A stretch of DNA of 64,000 nucleotides from Psilocybe cubensis (taxonomy: Eukaryota): assembly GCA_017499595.2 (NCBI GenBank), contig CM039000.1, forward strand, positions 2,728,001 through 2,792,000, given 5' to 3'. Shown in pieces: positions 26,010 to 38,767 of this stretch. Every line of letters begins with the position of its first letter. Within the stretch, counting starts at the first letter, position 1. The position numbers and the translations under genes are program-made. The notes under the pieces are model-generated. The model searched no databases. It was given only the letters and a program-made list of their open reading frames with translations, and had not been told where the DNA came from.

Positions 26010-27864
26010 CTATTGGGGTGGCCGACCGTCATCTATTGAATCAGATTTCCTTCTGGGGCCTGAAGGTCTTGACGGTTTTGACCGCATGGATTGGGACACT
26101 TCCAGAGGTTTTAGGGCAGCTGTTAGCGCGCGTGCGTCAAGAGTATATGTCGTGGATGGTGTCCGTTTGGCGCGGGGTAGTGGCCGAGAGTGTGTAGGGA
26201 CTTGGGGTAGCGGTTGAGGTTGAGGTTGAGGATGGGGTTGAGGAGGATGGGGTAGAGGTTGGTGCCGTGTTCCCGGCTGAATGTGATGTTCTATTAGCGG
26301 CTGCTGTGGCGGAGGTTGTTGTACAGAGGATGTAACATTATCATGATGTTCAGTTGAATCAGGTTGCGGCAAAGGTTTCCGCTTCGCTCTCGGCCTGGAC
26401 GTGGCGTCTAGCCGCGGCCAGTCACCAAGTGGAGGAGGTGAGGGAGGCAGCCGACGTATCTGCTGCTCGACACGCGCAGGCGCAGGCGCCTGCGGCTCGG
26501 TCGTTTTGATGGCTGACTGCACAGAGCTGTGGTAGAAGGGCGAAGAGGAGGAGAGGTGCAGGTGCTGTGGAAGCAGGTGCTGCGGTGGCGGGGGTTTCTG
26601 TTGCGTCTGCTGTGAAATAGGAGGCGGGTTCCTCTGAATCTCTGGTTCGATGACACGAGTGTCACGAACAGCTACAGGCGCTGGGGCGGGTACTAAAGAG
26701 AGGGGAAGGGCGCTCTGGCGTGAAATACCACCTTCCTCTGATGTCGCTGCATGGAACACAGTTTCTGGTGACTGGTAATGCTCAATCTCATATTCCAGCC
26801 CTAGCCCCGAGCGATACGACAGACCAGAATTGTACGACAATATAGGCTCGCGATGGGTAGGGGGGAGGCGTGGGATGGGTGCAGCAATAATAGGTGCTGC
26901 GTTCCCTCCCACGAATCGCGGGTACTGGTACTCTGGTGATAAATTTCGCACACCATCATTGTCCTTGATGCTCTGGTTGGCCACGATTGGGAAGCGACTG
27001 ACGGCGCAGTGGAGTATCGTCGGGTCGTCTCTTTTCTTTACTATGGTCAGGATGGACAGAAAAATGAGATAGCCGAGTACTAGATGACGTATGGGTAATT
27101 AAGAGACAATTACGAGAAGATGAAATGTCAAGATACTCACAAAGGGTCGCGCATATCCAAGTGAATGCCTGCAGCACCTGAGCGGACGTACAGGCCGAAG
27201 AGCTAGTTGTGGCCACTAGTGGATTGAGCGGCAGTTGAGCGGTGGTAAGCCTGGGGCGACGACGACTCAAATGATGGTACATACATATCTGAGTGGAATC
27301 GCAAATCTGGCTGCTACTCTGGGCAGTGAGAGCAGCAGCGGCAGCTTCGGGGGATGATGTCAATCAGATGAACAAAAAAAATTGACAGAGGACGCGTACC
27401 AAGTTCGAATATGCAATAAACCCCAACCCATGCGAGTTCGAACCAAACTCTGACAATGAGGGCATGTTTTCTGTTCAGATCGAAAAAGAGTCTGCGACAA
27501 GAGAGATCAGGTCCGATGTCGCGGAGGGGACGGAGACAGAAATGTCTACATGGTCAAAATGAGCAAGAGCCCCGAGGTTCCCACAAAGATAAGCAGTCCA
27601 TCGGTCTGTTTGGCATTGCCTGGAGGAAACGGGTGAGTATATGGCTGTCAGGCAGAGAAAGAGTCATCGACTGACGAAGACCAGAGCTTGACTCGATTGT
27701 GCTAAGATTCCAGACAGCGACGCTCGTGATGACAGCATTGGCGACAAGGAAGACGGCTGGGAGAAATAGCGGAACGGAGACATTAATAAACGGAACTACA
27801 GCTGAAGCAGAGGCGAGAACTGACCAAAGACGCAGTAGCGGAGGATCTGGAGGAGATTGAGCAT
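26010..27864 (-). CDS. Tetraspan (MARVEL-like) membrane protein C with Pro/Gln-rich tail, 7 exons
   Basis: MLNLLQILRYCVF/AVFLVANAVITSVAVWN../..DGLLIFVG../..RVWFELAWVGVYCIFEL/AAAAALTA..C../SACTSAQVLQAFTWICATL/LLGYLIF joined to the 324-aa ORF. Confidence 0.78.
26211..26232. repeat. (GGTTGA)n hexamer encoding a PQ repeat in the tail of tetraspan C
   Basis: ggttgaggttgaggttgagg. Confidence 0.7.
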
Positions 27865-28088
27865 GGCAGACGCATAGGGGAGGAGGGGTGAAGAGAGCGT
27901 GGAGAGCCGGTCGACGGACTGATATGTTATGAGAGAGAAGCCAGCCAGCAAGATAACACTTTGCAAGAATAGCTCGTCTCTTCAATTCGCCGCCAGTTCA
28001 AACTCAGCTCGACAGCCCCATCATGCTTCCATCAAAATAGTTTCCGATTAGGGTAATAAGTAATCATAAACAGATATGTTTTCCTAGC

Positions 28089-31000
28089 TCATCCTGGCAC
28101 GCTCACCCGCTCACTTGCGTTCGAGCCGGCTGTCTGGAACAGTTCTGCTTGCAGCCCCGTATACACTCCAAGCAGCCCGTTCGACTTTCTTTCGTCCGCT
28201 TCCAGTTCATACCGCCCCCCGGATCGAGTCTCTCCCTCAGATCCCTCAGAGTTTACCCGCCGTGGCGGCCGTGAAAATGTAGCCAGCTGTGCCAGGCGTC
28301 CCCGTACACTTCTGCCGCGTGATGCTGTTGATCCAGAGTTGTGATGTTCTCTCCCAGGTGGTATTCCGGATGACAGCCCTGCGACATATGATCGCACTTC
28401 GTGGGAAGTGTCCTGCAATAGTACATCCACAAGTTGCTCCAGCATCCTCGGGATTGTATGTCCATGACGAAGCAGTGCAGCTGTTGTGTCACCAGCATCA
28501 GGTGAGCTCTTCTACCGTTGCAGATGAGGAGCGGAAACAGATTCACCGTGTGTCACAGCTGCAAAACGAGCTGCCCCGATGCGAACCCCTTCAATTTGGT
28601 CACGCGCTAGATTAGCAACAGAATCCAGGATTCCTGCATCACTCGAAACCAACAGTTCTCCCTTCTGGTTGGTCGTGAGCGCCAGTGTTTGTTGACAAGC
28701 GATAAATCTAGCGTTAAGTCATATCCATCAACAAATTCACGAAATAGAGTTGCACTACAAACTCACGTCATCCGCCTTCGATAATTTGATGATGCTGCCA
28801 ATTGTTGAAGCTGAGAACGAATGGTATCTAGGGCACCTTTCTGCGACGCGAAAGCATCCCAAATCTCCGAAAGCTAGATGAAAGATAATTGACGCGTCAA
28901 TATCACATCAACTTGCCTCATCTAAATTGAAACGTACAGCCAATGTCGCAGCCTCTCGTACTGAAGCGACACCGTCCTCCAGGCCCTTCTGGAGAAGATC
29001 TCGAGCGAGCGAAATGTTATCTAGACCTATCAAATTAACCCAACTGACCATATTTTTCTCTATCAGCTCTCGCTCTCGCCAACCGCGCAATCTACCCTCA
29101 TTCCATGCCGTCAGCAGTCCTTCTACGAGTGGTTTCCCTACCTCTTTCTGTAGCACCTCTAACAAATCGTGCAATGATTCGATGGCTTTCGTCCGGACTT
29201 CCTCCTCATCCGATTGAATACTACTCCACCAAACATCCACTAAATCCCTTTGCGCATTCTCTTTCCCGATTATCTTCGCAAGCTCGCCTAAACTAGCCGC
29301 GAAGGTTCTCCGAACTCCGCTTCCAGTATTAGCAGCAATGTCGAGATAGGCTTCCCGCAGTTCCCCCCATCGCCCTCCTCCGAGCGTCACTGCAACCGCA
29401 GGGAAATTAAATGCGCAAATTAACGGTCTTTTAGGGTCTTGGAAGAAAGATTCCAACGGCGTTTGTGCGCGAATACTCTCCTCAGACAATTCTTGCTGTC
29501 CATCGCGTACACGGCGGTCCTCTTTTCGGCCGAGAAAAAGGTATATCAGCTCCTGCGGCGGTCCATCTGGATCCTCATGAAAGGTATGGATGACTTCACC
29601 AAGCGCTTCTAGCACTCCGGAACGAACAGTGGGGTGATGATCGGCAGACAATGCGACAATGGTTTCGAGAGCCACCGTTCTCCTTTGAGCAGGAGATAAA
29701 CGCGTGAGGATGGCCGGAAGTGCAAAAAGTGCTGAATGCCGAACATGCCACACTCCATCCCATCGTAGGGCATCAAAAAGAGGTAGCTTAAAATACAGTT
29801 TAGATGTTTATGTGGATATTTTCTGAAAATATGAACATACCAAAGAATTAATCACTACTTCCTCTGGCACAACTTTTGCCAATGCCCCCAGGGCAAATGA
29901 TGCCTCTCGTCTAACCCAATAGACGTTGTCGCGACCCACCCGCCCAACCTCTTCAACAAACGCGAGTTGTGTTTCCTTGGACAGGACACCTTGCCACTAA
30001 ATTAGACCGAGATAATGATTTAAGATATAGCTTACTCACCGCTAGCTGTCACAGCTGCCATGAGAGACATGCAGGACAATCTGCCGACAGCAGCTTGCTC
30101 GTCTTCTCCATCATCTACGTCATCCCTTATGCACAATTATGAATATTATCTCCACAGGGCTTGTCATGCAGACTCACCAATTGTCGGAATCATTCGTGTC
30201 AACAGCCATTGGAGAGCCCGGATCAGAGTGTGAAGAAGAGGGTGCATGTAGGTTTGAAAATTGAGTCCCGGCAGAACTGGGACCAGCAGGTGATGATGTT
30301 TGTGCGTCTGTATGAAACTGTGCACCGGCAGAACTGGTTGTTTGATCGATGACAGAGCGCATGGATACATTTTCGTGTCGATCGGCATTAGAGCTCTGTG
30401 AAGATAATGAGGGGAAATAGGGATTCGATTCTGAGAATTGAGAAGAAGTGGCTGGGTGTTGCTGGCCTTGCGACACTGGTGGTTCCTGTTCAGGCTCATA
30501 ATCCACATCTAATTTCCCCATGCCGATAACGACTTGCTGGAGAATCTCCTGCGTAAACATGGCACGTTCCCGATGGCCAAAGAGACCAGTTGCTAATGGC
30601 GCCTCATCGTCATCGTCCTCGTCCTCGTCCTCTCTTCGCGTTCTTGTGATTTCCCACGGGTGAATAATGTCACTCGAAGGATGGTGATGACGCCTCTGGA
30701 AAGCTCCAAATTGGCGGTCATCAGCCTTTTTCATACGCGATAGAAGATCGACAACTGCAAAACGGGCAGCACCTCCGACCATCGGATTTGAACTCAGCAG
30801 CAATGTGCCGAGTATTGGAGTAAATGCCTGTACGGAAATAGTGACTGTCGTTGAGGACGACGCGTAGGCCTCCTCTGGCTTGGGGTCATCGGGGATAATT
30901 TGGCAGTCCTAGCAGATAGGGAGAGCAGCATGAACACCCAAGAGAGCACTCGAAACCAAGAAACACGCACGGTGAAGAACCACCAGATGATAGGGACTAG

Positions 31001-31546
31001 CTCTGCCGCAAGAGCTTCCTTGACATGTTCATCTGGAGACAAAGAATCAGAAGGAGGATGGGGTCATCGGGGGGCGACATGATGCTGACCGTCATCCATG
31101 GCAAGACCGCTTAGCAGCGGGAGGACGTACTCGACTGCCTCCTGCGGGGTGACGTGGAGAAGATACTCGGGGAGGGCATGGGCGATGAAGACGCGATGAA
31201 AGGCGGCCTTGCTGCGCGAATAGAGGTAGATCTTCTCGAGGGTGCTGAGGCCGTCGTCGTCGAGGGCGAGATCTAGGGCATGGTCGACCGGCTGTGGAAA
31301 GTGGTCGTCAGTAGGGAGACCTGGTGTTGGCGGAGCGGTGGGCTGCTGGGGCGGGGGCGGGGGCAGGGGGAGGTCGAGGTCGGGAGAGGAGGGCGGGGTG
31401 AAGTAGGCGGAGGGGGACGCCAGGGGACGAGCGGGAGAAGTCGGAGGGGTGAAGAAGGGAGTGTGGGGGTTGTCGGGGTCGATGCGGAAGTTGTCGGGCC
31501 AGGAGGGCGGGGGCGGGAGGGGGATGTGCGTCGGTGGCCCGGACAT
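28089..31546 (-). CDS. HEAT/ARM-repeat phosphatase regulatory subunit (PP4R1/PP2A-A-like)
   Basis: Pro-rich N-terminus, LSTLEKIYLY, repeated HEAT units (WVRREASFALG, WHVRHSALF, ICAFNFPAV, VRRTFAASLGELAKI, WRERE). Confidence 0.78.
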
Positions 31547-31652
31547 GGTTGCAGTCACAGAACGAGAACTTTGAAGAACATCACTCAGTTTTTCAAACAA
31601 CACAACACATGACGTCACGTTCCTCTAATTTACAGTCTGGGCTAATTTACGA

Positions 31653-33367
31653 TCATGACGACACCGTTCCCCGCACAACTGCATCCAACTCGCGTGCAAA
31701 GTACTCTATGTTGTGTGTGTTCAGTCCCGCCATCGAAATACGTCCATTCCCAGTCAGATAGATGTGCGACTTTTCTACAAGCGCCTTGCTCTGCGCCGGG
31801 CTGATTCCTGTGAAGCTGTGTGTCCCGTTTAGTCGATCTCGCTACCTGTTGCTCAAGCGCGCGCGTACCTGAACATCCCAATCTGGTTCACAATGTGGTC
31901 CCAGTTTCCCGGCGTCTGCAGCTTTTCCGTCAGCAGGCGGTGTAGCTCTCGTCGCATTTCAATGATGCGGCCTGCCATGGTCTGGATGTCGCGTTTCCAT
32001 TCTTCGAACAGGCCAGCGTCATTCAGGATCAGCGACACCTGTGAATTGCCTAATCAGTCATTCGGCCTTCATATCAGTGCCATATATTCCTCACAAGTCT
32101 CGCCCCGTGCGACGGCGGGTTGCTGATCTCGCTCCGCTGTAAGACCGACAGCTGCGACTTGACCCGGTTCGCAGTCTCTGTGTTCGGCGAAACGACGTGA
32201 AGTGCACCAACGCGCTCTCCGTACAGCCCGGCATTTTTTGCAAAGCTCTGTCATTCAGCGTTAGATTCTCGTGATCGCTCCATTCTACGGCGTCCGGCGC
32301 TTACCTGGCACACCAACAGCGGGAGCCCTAGCTCCACAAAGAGTCGTACTGCCCATGCATCCTTGTCCAGGTCGCCGCTGGCGAACCCTTGGTATGCACA
32401 ATCAAAGAAAGTATAGTGCTTTTTCGACGCGATCACCTCCGCGATTGCCTTCCACTGTTCAGGCGTAGGATCAACGCCAGTTGGGTTGTGAGCACATGCA
32501 TGCAGCAAGAAGACCGATCGTTCCGGGGCGCCCTTCAAGGCGTCTATGAATCCATTAAAGTCCAGGCCAATGGTCTTTGGATCATAATATGCATATTCAA
32601 CTGGCTCGATCCCAACGTTCCTAAAGATGGCGTGATGGTTTGCTGACCTCCCTTCAGTGCCCAAAATATTACTAGGAATGTAATTAAAAGGCTTACCCCA
32701 TGTAGGGTTGCTCAGATACACCCTCGCCGGTCCGTTCCATTTGTAAAATTTGGACAAAAATAGGGCTCCAAGGTGGTTAGCACCCGTTCCTGAGATGGTC
32801 TGCACGCTGACCACCCTACCCTCCTTAATAGCGGGCGAGTCTGCTCCGAGGATCAATTTGGCAGCAGCAGTGGTGAACTCTGCGAGACCAGTAATGGGGA
32901 GATATTCATGATCCAAACTTTCATCATTCAGAAGGATGGCTGTAGCCTGGAGATGACCCACATCCAAAATTAGCGCCCGTACAACGTAAGAACCCGGATA
33001 ACCGACACACACCTTTTTTACGACGGGGAGGACCCAAGGCTTGTTGTCGTTGTCTCGATAGGCGCCAACACCCAGGTTAACCTTGTCTTTGAAGGTGTCT
33101 GCCTTGTACGCCGCGGTCAATTGGAAGATACTGAGCCAACACGGTCAGGGTAACAATCCCAGCTACACCATGCACTTTAATCACCTATCGGGGGGCGCGA
33201 GGGGGACGTCTTGCCACAATTCTACGTGGTGGGTAATATCAGCAACCGGCTCGCCCCACGGGGGATAAGGTACCACCCCGCATAATGCGAAAAGACTTGA
33301 TACACGCACCTGCAGTCATGACTGTTCCACTAAGATGAGATACAAGTTGCTTGATTCTGTCAGCCAT
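31653..33367 (-). CDS. AAT2: Aspartate aminotransferase, cytosolic type; two in-frame ATGs (33367, 33319)
   Basis: PLAPPDSIF, KVNLGVGAYR, QTISGTGA, HACAHNPTG, FDCAYQGFASG, SFAKNAGLYGERVG, QIGMFS, GRISMAG. Confidence 0.95.
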
Positions 33368-34249
33368 AAGAAATTAGTCGGTCGTCGAGCAAGAAAAAAG
33401 AGAAAAATCTGCGGGTAGAGAAAGAGTATGAATAGTTGGTTTCAGAGAAGCTTGCGCTGTGCGCAACGCGACTGGTATAGAAATATATAGCATCCTGGTA
33501 CTAAGCACGCAGGTGCTCAAGTGTGCCGGCGTGCTCAGCAGTCGAAATCAAATGTCATTGATGATGGAATAGAGCCTCAGGCCGTCGAACTCCACGTGAT
33601 AGTGGTAGGCGCACAGAGCAACGCTTATCAGGAGAGCTGCAGTCTGTGCCCGAGTGACAACGAGGACGGCGTTGAGAGCGAAAGCAACGGCGCGACACTC
33701 ACCAAAGGTTTTGGTTGAAAGCAAGAATAAATCGCTCGCTATCGATCTTTAAGTTTTGGGGTGAACTTTTTGTGGAATTTATATAGTCCCGTTCGGGGAA
33801 GAACGTGATCCAATCGAGGCAAGGCGATTTTATCGAGTCAGACCGCTCTCGATTTCTCCGCAACACTCCGCTGCACCGTTGCTGCATACAAGGTCTTTAT
33901 AAAGCCTCTAAATCCGACCGCCCGACTAGCAACTGTCGCTTAGAGGACATTCTTGCCGCTCCGTGGACCGCAGCTTCTTATAAGAACACTGATGCACACA
34001 ATAGGGGAAAAGAACCGGTCGACCTCGACCTGAATTATAGTAAGACATCTACATACGGTAACACCTATATAAAATGGTAAAGAAACAGTCCATGCAAGAG
34101 AAATAGTCGTGAAATGGTGATGGAAGATAGACGTGTGTGCGTAAACGTGGAACATACAGACCACCCATGGGCAGCGAGAAAGCAAAAATGGAAGAGAGAG
34201 GAACTAAATACAGCAAGATGACGATGGAAATGGGACCGAGACACGACGA

Positions 34250-34547
34250 CTACGCAGTAGCCATCTTGGACGCTACAGTTCGCTCGCTCTCTAGCTTGTT
34301 CTTATTGCGTTCGAAGGCTTGCTGCCTGCAGTTCTCCAAATTGCTGCAGTTATGTTGCTCCGGTAGACGATGCTGAGACGAGGCAACGGCGTCAGCGACA
34401 TGTCTGACACTACACATACGCACAAGGACTCACCGTGCCGCAGAAATGAGAGCTGCACTGGGGACATTCGCCAACAATGCGAAGGGCTGCAGAACTGCAC
34501 CGAGAATCAGTGCCGACCCCGGCTTGACATCGCTTCTTAGCAGGCAT
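34250..34547 (-). CDS. Small AN1-type zinc finger protein, 2 coding exons; not captured by the ORF track
   Basis: MPAKKRCQ..RCSSAALRIVGECPQCSSHFCGT/HRLPEQHNC..FERNKNKLESERTVASKMATA*. Confidence 0.88.
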
Positions 34548-35099
34548 TATGCGAGAGGGTTAAGCGCAAGGAGATTGGTGAGGTGGGGTGCGGGGTAGGC
34601 TTGGAGGGCGGAAAAGGTAGGAAATGAGGGCGGAGACAGCGAAGAGGTGGACGCAACGTACCTGCAAGGTGGAGCAGTTCAAGATGGGAGGTGGTAAGGA
34701 TAAAGAGAGCACGGTTTATATAAGGCCAGGTTGCAACAAGGATACAGCGACGCGTAATCCCTCACATAAGCAGCGTGCAGTGCCACATTCCAATCTCATC
34801 CGTTCCGGCTCCGATCCGTCTCATACCATTGCCGAGACTCACTTTCTTCGTCTCACACACTTTGCGCAAGGGTATAAATTCATAACACTACATCCACTTA
34901 TTATACCAGGGAAAGATAACTAGAATAAAGAATAATGCACGCTCGTCTCATCGTAGAGGAAAGGAAGGAGTCCATGGCGTCCTTTATCGCCCGGAGGCTT
35001 AATGCATACTCCACGCAGGTCGCTAAATCAAATAGATACTAGTTGCGGGCGTTTGTGAGCTTTTGTAGACTCGTATATAATGGCAGGACACCGACATGC

Positions 35100-36541
35100 T
35101 TATTTGTTGCTATTGTTCTTGGCGACTTGAACTCCAACAACAATCCCAATGATGGCGAGGATAATGATGATGATGACGAAGCATATCCATCGCTTTTTGC
35201 GAGCAGCACGGGCAGACGATACAGCCTTGTCGGTATATTGCAGTCTATCCAGACCAAGTTACATTCGGGCTCCAAGATGAAATTCAAGACACATACCCAG
35301 CTTCTGTATCCTTTTCGACATTGGCAGCCTGGGCCTGAATGACGTTGATAGTCTCGTCCTGCTGTTCGACCAGGACGCTCATCTAAAGCCACAGTAAGAA
35401 TCACCGAGACAATAGTCGAGAAATTGACGGCTTACATCGTTGAATAGCTGAGCGAGCTCTGCAAGTGTTCTTTCAATGCGTTTGATGTCCTCGTGTCGCT
35501 CTTGCACTTCCCTGTAGGCCGCTCGGGATTCCGTGTAGCGAGAGTTCATCAACTGAAGGAAAAACTAAGATAAAGTTTCATTACACAACCCAAGGGACTT
35601 ACAGCCTGACTGAATATCTGTCCACCTTGTTCATCATTGACAACAGCTCGGATTTCCTCAGGAGTAGCATCCGGTTTAACTTGATGAAAATTATTGTCGG
35701 CTTGTGCACAGGGAAAGATGCTGCAAAAACATACCAATCTTGAACTGCCTTTCCATACGTTGCTTATACTTCGTACGGTACTGTGACTCCACTGATTGAT
35801 AGTTTTGAATCGCCTCAACGAACTTCGACTTGACAAAGGCCGCCTGATTTTTTGCGTCAACATTTTCCGGCGAACGAACTCAAGCAGTTGTGCGCACCTG
35901 TTGCTTCTTTATCTGTCCATCACGACCTGGTCCACCCTGAGCCTCCAATGCTTTGATGCGGCGCTTGAGTGTTGTGCTGAGTGCACTTGTATCTTGCACC
36001 AATTCGTCCAGCTGAGCTGCGTTTCGCTGGGCGGCAGCATCGTCCATGTTGTTGAGTGACCGAGAGTGGAGATCACCAATGCGTGCAATATTGTCATTGA
36101 ATGCTCGAAGCGACTCTTGGATGGAGGAAAGCTGGAGAAAGAGAATTCATCAGTGATTTTAATTCAGGTGTGATCCACCGAAACCAGTGGCATACCTCGC
36201 TGTAAAATGCTGTCATGTCTCCTCCTGCGCCGTTCGCTGGCGAAGATGGGGCAAGGTGGGTGTGGCTATCTCTAACATCTGCCATTTCGTAGGAACGGTC
36301 GTCTTGTTGTGCGTATGGGTTCGGCCTGCGAGACCCCCCGTTTCCTGACGCCTGCGTCGGATACGAGTTTCTGAGTCCATTACGTGGTGAACAGAAAGTC
36401 AATCAAACAATTTTTTCCGACGCACTGCGACACATTTCCTTGCTGTTGAGCCTATTCCACAGGTTGACTATCAGTCAAGGAAATGCACAAGTCGAAATGG
36501 TTCGAGTTTACCCTCATGGCTGCAAGTCTGTCTCTGGCCAT
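35100..36541 (-). CDS. SSO1: Plasma membrane syntaxin (t-SNARE)
   Basis: MARDRLAAMR, Habc helices, EVQERHEDIKRIERTLAELAQLF SNARE motif, ARKKRWIC plus C-terminal TM. Confidence 0.93.
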
Positions 36542-36833
36542 TGTTACGTTGGTATAGCTTATAGTCGTTAAGAAGGATGTCTAGTTAGAAATATGTCGGT
36601 AAAAGGGAGGATTGGAGTGGAGTGGGTGTGTAAAGGAGTGGAATGGCACTGGTTAGAGGTCACCACCGTGACAAGTCGTGCGGGCGGTGAGAAATGGCTG
36701 TACAAGACAAGTCAAATACTACCAAACACTTCTATTGATCAGAAGACTACGAGCTGCGCGTGCTTGCAATTGCAAATGTATCAAATTGCTTTTGAAGGCA
36801 TTCTTACACGTATATCAGATATCTATGATTATT

Positions 36834-38590
<1,757 letters not shown>

Positions 38591-38767
38591 ATCTTGCACT
38601 GCTAGTTTTTGTGGTTAGAAAAGATATAGTTTGAGATAGAAAAGCTATTCCAAGAATTTATTAGAGTGTCGAATCATATCACTAAAATAGGTTGCTTGCC
38701 ATTGATTGGCGAAGTCTTCCGACGTCACGACGTCGGACTTGCGGCTCAACTGTCCGAAAGGGTTACA

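Noticed and set aside
31640-31655. Read-through PTS1 on AAT or other genes
   Set aside because: The AAT TGA is followed by TCG TAA; I saw no TGA-CTA context leading to an SKL-like end at the stops examined
31653-33367. AAT as the kynurenine aminotransferase of the cluster
   Set aside because: It is 26 kb away with many unrelated genes between and looks like an ordinary cytosolic-type AAT
33400-34240. Short ORFs between AAT and the AN1 gene
   Set aside because: No recognisable motifs or consistent exon chain; likely promoter and 3' UTR
34450-34470. Apparent frameshift in the AN1 zinc finger
   Set aside because: Recounting gives four G residues, so CPQC is in frame; the gene is intact
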